From an uncultured delta proteobacterium (GTDB lineage Bacteria > Desulfobacterota > Binatia > Binatales > Binataceae): DNA of 64,000 bases. Every line of letters starts with the position of its first letter. Position 1 is the first letter of the stretch. Both the position numbers and the translations under genes were made by a program. The notes below the pieces were generated by a model. That model saw nothing but the letters and a program-made list of their open reading frames with translations. It was not told the origin of the DNA and searched no databases. Where the stretch lies: contig CAWJET010000001.1 of assembly GCA_963842085.1 (NCBI GenBank), positions 2,592,001-2,656,000 on the forward strand, read 5' to 3'. Shown here one piece after another: positions 40,631 to 49,646 of this stretch.

Positions 40631-41554
40631 CTACAATCGCCGCCAGCCCGAGCCTTCGTGGCCGAAATGGAAAAGCTCCGGATGCGCTATCTCGGCGAGA
40701 ATTTCCAGCGACTCGGCGATTCGCGGGCCGGGACGGTTGAAATACTGATTGCCGTCGGCCATGAAGACACGCCGCTCGCGCACCGCCTTGAGCCCTTGCC
40801 ACTCCGCACGATTCGTCAGCGCGGGCAGGTCCTGCGCCGCGCGATCCATGCTGAAGCCGCAGGGCGAAATCAGGATCGCATCCGGATCCTTGGCAGCCAG
40901 CTCGTCGAATTTCATCCACGGCGAATGCTCGCCCGCGATGCCGAACAGATTTTCTCCGCCCGCCATCTCGACCAGCGTCGGCATCCAGTTTCCCGCCGCC
41001 ATCAGCGGCTCGATCCACTCAATCGTGGCGATGCGCGGTCGTTCCGACGCGCCGCGGGCCTTGTCCGCAATCCTGAAGAGTCGCGCACGCAGCCGCTCGA
41101 CCAGTTCGGTCCCGCGCGCTCCCGCATCGAGCGCATCCGCCACCCGCTGCATGTCGGTGAAGATGTCGTCGAGGCTGTACGGCGCAAGCGAAACGATCGT
41201 CGGCCGCGCGCCGAGCCACTCGGCGACCGCGGCCTCCACCTCGCGCGCGCTGACCGCGCACACCTCGCACTGCGATTGAGTGACGATCACGTCGGGCCGA
41301 AGTTCGCGCAGCCGGGCCGCATCGACGCGATAGACCGAGAGCGCCTCGCCGACGATTTTCTTCACGCGCTCATCGATCTCCGCGCTGCTGCCTTCGGGAT
41401 TGAACTTCGCTTCGGTCAACGCGGGTACGCGCGCGACCGAGCGCGGGAAGTCGCATTCGTGCGAGCGGCCGACCAATCGATCTTCGAAACCGAGCGCGCA
41501 AACGATCTCCGTAGCGCTCGGCAGCAGTGTTGCGATTCGCGGCACCCGGTTCAC
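40631..41554 (-). CDS. BtuF/TroA-fold binding protein without a signal peptide
   Basis: RIATLLPSATEIV, GRSHECDFP, TQSQCEVCAV, PCGF, YFNRPGPR. GTGA overlap with the upstream gene. Confidence 0.85.
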   Translation of the reverse strand: MNRVPRIATLLPSATEIVCALGFEDRLVGRSHECDFPRSVARVPALTEAKFNPEGSSAEIDERVKKIVGEALSVYRVDAARLRELRPDVIVTQSQCEVCAVSAREVEAAVAEWLGARPTIVSLAPYSLDDIFTDMQRVADALDAGARGTELVERLRARLFRIADKARGASERPRIATIEWIEPLMAAGNWMPTLVEMAGGENLFGIAGEHSPWMKFDELAAKDPDAILISPCGFSMDRAAQDLPALTNRAEWQGLKAVRERRVFMADGNQYFNRPGPRIAESLEILAEIAHPELFHFGHEGSGWRRL

Positions 41555-41976
41555 TGCTTGATTCCCTGGCGGCTGCATTCCTTGATTTCGTCCCTGGCCA
41601 CCGCGGTATTCATCAATTTGAATCGCACATGGGCGCCAACGCCGCTGGAATCGACGTCCTCCTTGATGAAGTATTGCTCGCCGGCGCGCGCGTCAAACTT
41701 TAACTCCGCCGAAGTGTCGGTGGCGGCCACGCAGGTCACCGGCCCGCTGTCCGCGACAAACTCGTAAAAGCCGGCCGTCTCCAATTCGATGCTCTCATGC
41801 CCGCAGGTGATCATTGGGTTCGCCTGCGAACTGAGCAGGCCGTACGGCCGGTAAATGTAGATGACGCTCTGCGATGCGGGAGTCGCCCTCAGCTGATACG
41901 CTTCGCCCTGCGCGCCGCATCCGGCGAGCGTCACGCAAATTGCTGCCGCAAGTATCGCAGTCCGCGTGCGAATCAT
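41551..41976 (-). CDS. DUF2846-like lipoprotein
   Basis: Lipobox LAGC, VIYIYRP, GEQYFI. AGGA RBS before the ATG at 41976. Confidence 0.7.
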   Translation of the reverse strand: MIRTRTAILAAAICVTLAGCGAQGEAYQLRATPASQSVIYIYRPYGLLSSQANPMITCGHESIELETAGFYEFVADSGPVTCVAATDTSAELKFDARAGEQYFIKEDVDSSGVGAHVRFKLMNTAVARDEIKECSRQGIKQ

Positions 41977-41983
41977 TCCTTGC

Positions 41984-42781
41984 TCACGACTTCGACGCGC
42001 GGACGTAGAGGAACAGCGCGATGTGATCGCGAAATTTGCGAAAAGCTTCCGGATGCAGCGCGCACGCGGACTCGGGCGCGCGCGGCTCGCAAATCTGCTC
42101 GAGCCGCAGACCCGCTGCGACGGTCGGGTTGATGTAGTCGGCAAGGGTGCGATCGAAACGCGGCACCGCGAACTCCTCAACCTGCGCCGCGTCGGGCGCG
42201 TGGCCGAACTTCCAGCGCTCGATCCACGCCTCGTCGTTGAAGTAATCAGCGACGGTGAATTTGATTGCGCGCCCGGAGTCATCCCGAATCCAGCCGAACC
42301 CCTTGGTCGAGAAACATGGATGCAGGATGCTGTACGCAAGCGTCCCGCCTGGACGCAGCACGCGCGCGATTTCCCGCATCGCGCCGGGAAAATCAGGGCC
42401 GTCCATCAGCGCCATCGTTGAGATGACCGCGTCGAATGATTCTGCGCCGAAGATCGCCAGGTCGGTGAAGGAAGCGCGCTCGTAGCGGATTCCCAGCGGT
42501 TCGCGGAGTTCCTCCGCGCGCGCAAACTCGATCATTTTAGCGGACAGGTCCACCCCCGTCATGCGAGCGCCGCGCCGCGCGAAGATCCTCGTGTTGTGGC
42601 CCTCGCCGCAGCCGGCATCGAGCACGGTCTTGCCGCTCAGATTGCCGGCGAATTCCAGGAAAGCGGGATTGTTCCAATGCTCGCGAAAGATGTCCCAGCG
42701 GTTGCGAACCTGGTCGGCCCACACGTCGGCATTACGATCCCATTGGGCGGCGACTTCGGACTCCGCGATCTTCGGCGGCAC
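41984..42781 (-). CDS. Class I SAM-dependent methyltransferase
   Basis: VLDAGCGEG, GVDLS, FDAV, RVLRPGG, HPCF. Confidence 0.9.
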   Translation of the reverse strand: MPPKIAESEVAAQWDRNADVWADQVRNRWDIFREHWNNPAFLEFAGNLSGKTVLDAGCGEGHNTRIFARRGARMTGVDLSAKMIEFARAEELREPLGIRYERASFTDLAIFGAESFDAVISTMALMDGPDFPGAMREIARVLRPGGTLAYSILHPCFSTKGFGWIRDDSGRAIKFTVADYFNDEAWIERWKFGHAPDAAQVEEFAVPRFDRTLADYINPTVAAGLRLEQICEPRAPESACALHPEAFRKFRDHIALFLYVRASKS

Positions 42782-42968
42782 TGGTTTCTCTCCTTCGCGC
42801 AAGTGCGATGCGCGGCAGAAAAAAATGCGGACGAGGTAATCTCGTCCGCTAAAGGACCGGGTTGTGGCGGATGAGCGGTCGCATCGCGATCGTCATCCTG
42901 AGGGTTTGGCGAGTATATGCGTGTTGCTCAACGTTGACAAGCGTGCGGCTCGCCTTGATCGTGAACGC

Positions 42969-44306
42969 ATGATGCAGGAACGCTCCAGCGCTTGCGCCGC
43001 GGCTAGAGTTGAGGCGGTCGGTCTCGATTTCGGCACCACCAACAGTGCTATCGCGATCGTCGGCGCAGACGGCTCGCCGCGCCTGGCGCGGTTCCCCGCC
43101 GCGGAGGGTGGCGATGCGTCCGACACCTTCCGCTCGATTCTGTTTTTCGAGGCGCCCGAGGAAACCGGCGGCACCGATTCGGCGGTCGCGGTCGGCAACG
43201 ACGCGATTCGGCGCTACCTTGCAGCCGCGGGCAACGGCCGGCTGGTGCAATCGCTCAAGTCGTTTCTGGCGGACAAGACGTTCGAATCGACCGACATCAT
43301 GGGCGAGACGTACACGCTCGGAGATCTGATCGCGCCGATCATCAGCGCCCTCCGCGACGCCGCGATTGCGCAGTTCGGCGAGTTGCCACCGCGAATCGTC
43401 GTCGGCCGCCCGGTTCATTTCGCCGCCGCCGGCAATCCGGACGAGGCGCTCGCGCGCAGCCGGCTGGATATCGCGATCCGGCGGGCAGGATGGACCGACG
43501 TGGTGTTCGAGTACGAGCCGGTTGGGGCCGCGTACGACTACGCGCTGCGAATCACGCGCGACGAAACAGTATTGATTGCGGACTTCGGCGGCGGCACCAG
43601 CGATTTCTCGGTGCTGCGATTGAAGCCGCGGGCGGCCGCGAAGCATGGCGTGGCGCGCTACGAGATTCTGGGCAACGACGGCGTCGGCATCGCAGGCGAC
43701 GCCTTCGACGGCCGCGTGATGCGCCATCTGGTCGCGCCCGCGCTGGGCCGCGGCACGAAATACCGTTCGCCGTATGGGATGGTGCTGCCGGCACCGACCT
43801 GGCCGTACACCAAGCTGGAGCGATGGCACCATCTGTCGTTCCTTAAGGCTCGCGCGACGATGCTCAGGTTCGAGGAACTGAAGCGCGAATCGTTCGAGCC
43901 TGAAAAGATCGCCGCGCTGATTCATATCGTGGAAAATGATCTCGGCTACTTTCTGTTTCGAGCGGTGGAGAAGACCAAGCTCGCGCTGTCCGAGCTGGAA
44001 GCGGCGCACTTCATGTTTTCCGATCCGCCGGTCTTGATCGAGAAGATAGTGGCGCGGCCGGATTTCGAGAATTGGATCGCACGCTATCTCGAACAAATCG
44101 CCGGATGCGTCGATCGGCTGATGAAGACGGTTGCGCTCAAGCCCGGGGCGATCGATAGCGTGTTCCTGACCGGGGGGTCGTCGTTCGTGCCCGCCGTCCG
44201 ACGGATCTTCATCGATCGCTTCGGCGCCGATCGAATCCGAATGGGCGGCGAGTTCACCTCCGTCGCGCGCGGCCTGGCATTGCGCGCGCTCGACGCAAGC
44301 GAATGA
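42969..44306 (+). CDS. Hsp70-family protein, YegD-like (ATPase domain only)
   Basis: GLDFGTTNS, GRPVHF, YEPVGAA, DFGGGTSDFS, LTGGSS, SVARGL. TTGACA lies about 35 nt upstream. Confidence 0.9.
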   Translation: MMQERSSACAAARVEAVGLDFGTTNSAIAIVGADGSPRLARFPAAEGGDASDTFRSILFFEAPEETGGTDSAVAVGNDAIRRYLAAAGNGRLVQSLKSFLADKTFESTDIMGETYTLGDLIAPIISALRDAAIAQFGELPPRIVVGRPVHFAAAGNPDEALARSRLDIAIRRAGWTDVVFEYEPVGAAYDYALRITRDETVLIADFGGGTSDFSVLRLKPRAAAKHGVARYEILGNDGVGIAGDAFDGRVMRHLVAPALGRGTKYRSPYGMVLPAPTWPYTKLERWHHLSFLKARATMLRFEELKRESFEPEKIAALIHIVENDLGYFLFRAVEKTKLALSELEAAHFMFSDPPVLIEKIVARPDFENWIARYLEQIAGCVDRLMKTVALKPGAIDSVFLTGGSSFVPAVRRIFIDRFGADRIRMGGEFTSVARGLALRALDASE

Positions 44307-44364
44307 CGGCGGCAAGGACCCACGGCTTCTGAATGATGGCCCGCACAATGGCGCTTTAGATTTC

Positions 44365-45219
44365 TCACGCGAGCGAGACGAAGTAGCGCTCTCTCAGGCT
44401 GGCGATGTGTTCGATTAGCCAGCTTGGAACTTCAACCTGCGACGCCCAGGAGTCCCACAATTCCGGATAACTCATGGAAATGAATTGAGGAAAGCTGCCG
44501 TTGACCATCTTCTGAAATCGGCGGATTTCGTCTCGATGCTGCTCAAAAATAGGGAACTCGAAGGCATTCGCGGGCTCCCAGAACACGTATAGCAGGATGG
44601 TAGGAATTCCTTTGAAGCATCGGGCCAAACCGAAGGCATGTTTTATCAACTGGGGCACGTCTAAGTGCAGAAACTCGGAGTTCCCACTGATGATTGACTC
44701 CATTGAGGCAAACCAAGGACCGTCGCGGCGCTCGTCATGAATTTGTGCCGAGTATGCGGGGCTAAAGCGCCGCGATACTTTTACGCCAAAGTATTCAGTG
44801 CATTTTGACTCCATGGCAACGACTGTTGTCTGGCCTTCGCTGACCAGGTCTAAATTGGGCGCTGTACCACCTCGCAGCCCGGGTGGACACTTCCTCTCAA
44901 ATGTAACGGCGTTGAATCCCACGGTTCCCGCAAGGGCCAGTTCTCGCGCACGCTTTCCGATCTTAAACGGCGCGAAACAATTTACTACCAACGCGGAGGA
45001 GGAGTGTGCCGCTAGGAATTTCGACTCTAGTTCGTTGCCATCTCCTTTTCTCAGCTCGGTTTCGAACTGAGCCCGCGACACTCCAGGAAGGAGATTATCC
45101 TCGATACAGCCGACGTAGCCGATGTCCGAAATTTTTGCAGTCGGCTTCGCGAGAGAAAAGCCCTTCGCTAACGCTCGGCAGGCGATCGCTTGCAATCCAG
45201 TTTTCAGTGAGATCGGCAC
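44365..45219 (-). CDS. Putative PD-(D/E)xK nuclease (PGN_0703-like putative restriction endonuclease)
   Basis: HSSSALVVNCF, FERKC, PNLDLV...VAMESKCTE, LDVPQLIKH, LLYVFWEP. Visibly AT-richer than its neighbours. Confidence 0.65.
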   Translation of the reverse strand: MPISLKTGLQAIACRALAKGFSLAKPTAKISDIGYVGCIEDNLLPGVSRAQFETELRKGDGNELESKFLAAHSSSALVVNCFAPFKIGKRARELALAGTVGFNAVTFERKCPPGLRGGTAPNLDLVSEGQTTVVAMESKCTEYFGVKVSRRFSPAYSAQIHDERRDGPWFASMESIISGNSEFLHLDVPQLIKHAFGLARCFKGIPTILLYVFWEPANAFEFPIFEQHRDEIRRFQKMVNGSFPQFISMSYPELWDSWASQVEVPSWLIEHIASLRERYFVSLA

Positions 45220-45224
45220 TTCTG

Positions 45225-45983
45225 TCAGGCGAGGGCGTGGGGGTAGGTGGTTGTTAGTGCTGGCATTTCCAGGCCTAGCTGCTCGCAGCGGCGGGCCAGC
45301 ATCGTGACGTACAGCTCGGCGAGTTCTTCGTTGTCGCGGGATTTCAGGCCGTAGCGGAGGCAGTCGTAGGTGAAGCCGGTGCCGGGCGGGCCGAAGAAGT
45401 TCACGGCGCGCGGGAGCCATCGGCGCAGCGCGGTGTTGACCGACTTGACGCCGAAGCGCTCGACGGCGTTGCCGAGCTGGCGCGAGGCGAAGATTTCGTG
45501 GTCGGCTTCCTCGTCGAGAATTATTTCGGCGGCGCGCGCATGCGGCGCGTAGCTCGACTCGCGGTAGTTCTCGCCGATCATGATGAGGCCGGTGGTGTCG
45601 AGGCTCAGCGACGCCATCATGAGGTCGAGCTCGCCTTCGGCCCTGGAGGCAAAGTAGCTAGGCGCGTCGAAGGAGGGCGCCTTGAGCACGGCGATCATCG
45701 AGCGGTCGGCGGCCTGCTGGGTGACGCCGAGTTCTTCGAGCGCATCGTAGATGAGCCGCGCGTGTTTTTTTTCTTCGGCGAAGTTCTTCTCGACGATTGG
45801 CCGCAGCTCGGGATTGTCGAGCGTCGCGAGCGCGCGCTGATAGCCGAGCGCCGTGAGCTTCTCGGCCATCGCGTGCGCCGCGAGCAGGCGCAGCAACACC
45901 TTGGTGTAGTGCGAATCGACGCGACCCTCGTTGAGCGCGGCGGCGTCCAGCGATCGCGGCGGGAACTCGCGCCGGATCGGCAT
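45225..45983 (-). CDS. PaaA/BoxB-like ferritin-fold diiron oxygenase subunit
   Basis: Ligand pattern E(AEK)...EEKKH...D(LDTTG)...EEADH. WLPRAVNFFGP and GLKSRDNEEL resemble the PaaA C-terminal motifs. Confidence 0.75.
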   Translation of the reverse strand: MPIRREFPPRSLDAAALNEGRVDSHYTKVLLRLLAAHAMAEKLTALGYQRALATLDNPELRPIVEKNFAEEKKHARLIYDALEELGVTQQAADRSMIAVLKAPSFDAPSYFASRAEGELDLMMASLSLDTTGLIMIGENYRESSYAPHARAAEIILDEEADHEIFASRQLGNAVERFGVKSVNTALRRWLPRAVNFFGPPGTGFTYDCLRYGLKSRDNEELAELYVTMLARRCEQLGLEMPALTTTYPHALA

Positions 45984-46002
45984 CGCGGGTTACCTCATTG
46001 CC

Positions 46003-46443
46003 TCACTGGCTCGCGGCGCGCGAGGGCAGGATCACGGTGGCGGAGCCCGGCGTGGTCTTTTCGCCCTTGGCGTTCTCGAGCCAGATTTCGCAATCGACCA
46101 GGTGGTGGCCGCCATCGGTGTATTTTTTGGAGACCTTGCCGCGCGCGACCACCTTGGTCCCGGGCTGATCCATCCCGCGGTACTGGACGCCGAGCTTGCG
46201 CAGCCATCCCAGCTCGCCGGCGAAGTCGGTCATCAGGTGGCCGAGGAACGCATTCTTCAACGCGCCGTGCAGGATTACGCCGGGGAGGCCGTTGCCGAGC
46301 GCGAAGTCCTTGTCGTAGTGGATTTGATAGAAGTCGCCCGACGCGCCGGCGTACCTGACGAGCTGCTGGGTGGTCGGATTCTTTTCGAGCGGGCCGATCT
46401 CGGTGCCGACTTCGACATCTTCGAAATAGATTTGCCTGGCCAT
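46003..46443 (-). CDS. MaoC-family hotdog dehydratase (catalytic, HadB-like)
   Basis: YAGASGDFYQIHYD...GLPGVILHG. Confidence 0.9.
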   Translation of the reverse strand: MARQIYFEDVEVGTEIGPLEKNPTTQQLVRYAGASGDFYQIHYDKDFALGNGLPGVILHGALKNAFLGHLMTDFAGELGWLRKLGVQYRGMDQPGTKVVARGKVSKKYTDGGHHLVDCEIWLENAKGEKTTPGSATVILPSRAASQ

Positions 46444-46466
46444 CGTGGATATCCCCTTCAGTGACT

Positions 46467-46916
46467 CTAGTAGCGGATTCCGGTCGAGCGTTGAATGACG
46501 CAGACCTCGCCGAACTGGTTGGTGTAAGTGGTCTCGACCACGGTGAAGACCATCGGGCCGAGGCGGCCGGCGGCCTCGCGCAGATCGACGAGTCTGGACT
46601 GCACGGTGATGCGGTCGCCGGGGCGAATCGGGACGAAGTACTCCCAGTCCGAGCCGCCGTCGAGGCCGCGGAAGGTGGGCATGTCGAGCCTGATGTCTGG
46701 AATCGGCGAGCCCATCGAGCGGCAGAACGTCGGTGGTGCGATCATGCCGCCGAAGCGGGTCTGGCGCGCGTCGCGCTCGCTGTTGAAGAGCGGATTGCGA
46801 TCCTCGATCGCCTCGGCGAAGCGGCGGATCGCGCCGCGCTCGACGTCGTAAGTCCGCGGTTCGGAGACCTTGCCGATTTGCTTGCGCGCTTCGTCAGTGA
46901 CGTATTTGTTCGCCAT
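46467..46916 (-). CDS. MaoC N-terminal/FAS1-like hotdog protein (HadA-like partner)
   Basis: VERGAIRRFAEAIED.NP, IAPPTF, IRPGD, TNQFGE. Confidence 0.88.
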   Translation of the reverse strand: MANKYVTDEARKQIGKVSEPRTYDVERGAIRRFAEAIEDRNPLFNSERDARQTRFGGMIAPPTFCRSMGSPIPDIRLDMPTFRGLDGGSDWEYFVPIRPGDRITVQSRLVDLREAAGRLGPMVFTVVETTYTNQFGEVCVIQRSTGIRY

Positions 46917-47060
46917 CGTCTTTTGGTTGTTCCCTCATTGGATTACGGGTGCATCGGCGATCTATTACCACAGCCGCGCGCGACGGTATAACGCCGCGTC
47001 ATTTGCGCTTGGGATGCGCGGGACTAGGATGGGGACGGGCCGCAATCGGAGGATACACAA

Positions 47061-47354
47061 ATGGCGAAGCTCAGCGCGGAGCAGATAGCGGAGAAGCTGA
47101 AGGCGTTGCCAGGATGGGAGTACAAGGACAACGCCATCAGCAAAATGTTCAAGTTCAAGGAGTACCTGCACGGCATCGAGTTCGTGCAGAAGGTCGCCGA
47201 GATTGCCGAGGCCGCCGACCATCATCCGGACATTACGATCAACTACACGCGTGTGACGTTCTCATGCTCGACGCATAGCGAGAGCGGGGTGACCGACAAG
47301 GACTTCAAGCTGGCGGACAATATTGAGATCGCTTTCAACGATCGCGACACGTAG
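47061..47354 (+). CDS. phhB: Pterin-4-alpha-carbinolamine dehydratase
   Basis: AEAADHHPDI, STHSESGVTDKD. GGAGGA RBS. Confidence 0.92.
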   Translation: MAKLSAEQIAEKLKALPGWEYKDNAISKMFKFKEYLHGIEFVQKVAEIAEAADHHPDITINYTRVTFSCSTHSESGVTDKDFKLADNIEIAFNDRDT

Positions 47355-47357
47355 CGC

Positions 47358-47687
47358 TCAGCCGGCGAGCGTGATCCAGGCTGCCGCCGCGGCGGTTTTC
47401 GGCGCCGCCTGGATTTCGCCGACCAGTTCGCGTAGCGCGGACAGTGCGACGCGCTCGACCGCTTTCAGAGCGTTGGGCACGACGCGCGCGCTTTCTGCGG
47501 CCGCCAGCTCCGGCTCGGCGTGATACGGCTGATAGGACTCGGGAATCGCAGGATCGAACAGTTGCAAGCTCCTGCGCGAGAGCACGCGAGGTGCAGTCGC
47601 CGGTCCGGCCATCACGACCGCGGTCGCACGGCCGGTCTTGACGCGAAAGCCGATCGCGAGCTGCGGTAATTTGTCTTTCGACACCAT
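47358..47687 (-). pseudogene. Hypothetical protein, probably internally deleted
   Basis: AIGFRVKTGRATAVV...SYQPYHA recalls a conserved hypothetical family I remember as longer. The ORF jumps to a C-terminal-type KTAAAAAWITL. This rests on recall and was not verified. Confidence 0.4.
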
Positions 47688-47704
47688 CGCCTTGGGTCAA
47701 AACA

Positions 47705-48166
47705 TCAGCGGGATTTCCAAATCGAATACTTCGGCGGCCAGGAGCCGTGGCCGCCCGGGTATTTCGCGTGCATCACGCTTTCGATGCCGAACTCGAATGG
47801 AAGATCGTCGTGGGTGCTGGTCATGCCGCGGTCGACGCAGTCGGTGCGGACTTTGTCGGCGATGGCGCCGCTGTCGATGAACATCGCGCGGCCCATCAGG
47901 AGGAACTCGTCGTCAACGTTGACCGGCGGAAAGGTGTGCAGCGCGTAGCGGCCGTCGCGGCGGAGGTCGGCGCGCTTGGGCGACGGACCAATGAGCGCAT
48001 AGAGGTGGCCGCCCACGATGGTGGGGCAAATGGGATGCAGGCGCGGTGCGCCGTCTTTGCGCAGGGTCGCCAGGAAGGCCAGGCCAACTCCGAACTGGTA
48101 GAGCAACTGTTTTCCGGCCGCCGCGATATCGGGCGCGTCGTTCTCGAGTTCACTCCAGGTCGCCAT
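47705..48166 (-). CDS. Pyridoxamine 5'-phosphate oxidase-like split-barrel protein (FMN/F420-binding)
   Basis: AFLATLRKDGAPRLHPI, SPKRADLRRDGRYALH. GGAGGAG RBS. Confidence 0.85.
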   Translation of the reverse strand: MATWSELENDAPDIAAAGKQLLYQFGVGLAFLATLRKDGAPRLHPICPTIVGGHLYALIGPSPKRADLRRDGRYALHTFPPVNVDDEFLLMGRAMFIDSGAIADKVRTDCVDRGMTSTHDDLPFEFGIESVMHAKYPGGHGSWPPKYSIWKSR

Positions 48167-48531
48167 GGGATTTCTCCTCCTTGGAGCGACTATTTTCGTC
48201 ATTTGTTCGCCTTAGGTCAAGGGTGAGTTGTGGAGGATCAATTCGTGCCCAACTGCTCAAATTAGGCGGGACTGGTGCGATTTCCGACTGACCGAAAATG
48301 GTTGGGAGGAGGCAACTCATACCATGTGTAGTGGTTCCGCGCCGGTGCCCTACCGTCGGTGGGTTCGTTCCGTCAAAAATTGTTTCAGCCGCGAGCCGAT
48401 GTCGCCCGATCTCAGCCGAGCCGAACAAGTGGAGAGTATCGTGATGGGTGTCCATACCACAGTAGTAGCACAGATACGCCGGCGGGGTCAGGCTGAATAG
48501 TTCCCGGCCTGAAGACAAGATTGGACGCGGA

Positions 48532-48939
48532 GACTCGAAACCGGAACCGGCTTCGCTGGCGCGAAGCTGTCCGAGATCCTTTCTCGGCTCGCGTTGCTCG
48601 CGTCGTCAGGATGACAGATGGCCGCTCGCGTCGTCAGGATGACGGGATAGGAGGCAGCGACTCGAAACCGGAACCGGCTTCGCTGGCGCGAAGCTGTCCG
48701 AGATCCTTCCTTGGCTCGCGTTGCTCGCGTCGTCAGGATGACACAGAGACTGCGCTCGCGTCGTCAGGATGACAGGATAGGAGGCAAAGACTCGAAACCG
48801 GAACCGGCTTCGCTGGCGCGAAGCTGTCCGAGATCCTTCCCTGCGCTCGCGCTGCTCGCTTCGTTCAGGATGACAAAGAGACTGCACTCGCTTCGGGCGG
48901 GATGACAAAGAGACTGCGCTCGCTTCGGGCAGGATGACA
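48532..48939 (+). repeat. Tandem array of the REP-like element (3 full units plus extra half-units)
   Basis: Units start at 48532, 48659 and 48789 (periods 127 and 130). Each has GACTCGAAACCGGAACCGGCTTCGCTGGCGCGAAGCTGTCCGAGATCCTT followed by two or three ...GGATGAC half-units. Confidence 0.95.
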
Positions 48940-48949
48940 AACAACGCCC

Positions 48950-49588
48950 TCAATTCTTGCGGGGGACGAAGTACTGGGTACCGGGGCCGGCGTGGTCGAT
49001 TTCGCGAATCAACTGGACGAGGTCGTCGCGATTGGCGACGAAGTCGATAGCCGAGGTATCGACGACCAGCAGCGGGGCCTCGTCGTAGTAGAAAAAGAAG
49101 TCGCGGTAGGCTGACGACACGCGCTCGAGGTAGTCGAAGCTGATGTGGCGCTCGAAATCGCGATTGCGCTTGCGCAGGCGCTCGGCCAGCACCTCGATCG
49201 TCGCGCGCACGTAGACGACGAGGTCGGGCCGGGCCATCTCGGCGTCGAGCAGCTTGTACACGTTGTCGTAGAGCTTGAGCTCGTCGGGTGCGAGGTTCAT
49301 CGCGGCGAAGATTTTATCCTTGGCGAAGAGATAGTCGGCGACGGTGGCCTGGGCAAAGAGGTCCTGCTGCTTGAGCTCGCGCTGCTGGTTGTGGCGGGTG
49401 AGCAGAAAATAGAGCTGAGCGGGAAACGCGTACTTGTCGGGGTCCTGGTAGAAGCGGGGCAGGAACGGGTTGTTGTCGGCGTCCTCGAGGATGAGGCGCG
49501 CACCCAGCTCGCGGGCGAGCGCCTGCGCGAGGCTGGTTTTGCCGACCCCGATGGGGCCTTCGACCGCGATATAGCCGCGCCGGCGCAT
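48950..49588 (-). CDS. Deoxynucleoside kinase (dAK/dGK family)
   Basis: IAVEGPIGVGKT, NPFLPRFY, QLYFL, RNRDFE, IDFV. Confidence 0.92.
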   Translation of the reverse strand: MRRRGYIAVEGPIGVGKTSLAQALARELGARLILEDADNNPFLPRFYQDPDKYAFPAQLYFLLTRHNQQRELKQQDLFAQATVADYLFAKDKIFAAMNLAPDELKLYDNVYKLLDAEMARPDLVVYVRATIEVLAERLRKRNRDFERHISFDYLERVSSAYRDFFFYYDEAPLLVVDTSAIDFVANRDDLVQLIREIDHAGPGTQYFVPRKN

Positions 49589-49646
49589 CGGGCCTCGATT
49601 GTGGCACTAGCTCATCGCAGTCGCGAGCGTGGAGCGCCGACGCCGG

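Noticed and set aside
45220-45420. Arg-rich N-terminal extension of the nuclease ORF
   Set aside because: It overlaps the PaaA-like gene in another frame. The GTG at 45219 is the more plausible start.
48150-48518. 122-aa ORF upstream of the PNPOx-like gene
   Set aside because: No recognisable family, atypical composition and overlap with the next gene's start. It cannot be supported as coding.
48532-48939. Possible CRISPR array
   Set aside because: The intervening segments are about 80 bp and similar to each other, the unit is dispersed elsewhere in the window, and no cas genes are present.
48606-48953. ORFs with CHPERSE-like peptides (also within 62862-63512)
   Set aside because: These are translations of the REP-like DNA repeat, not proteins.
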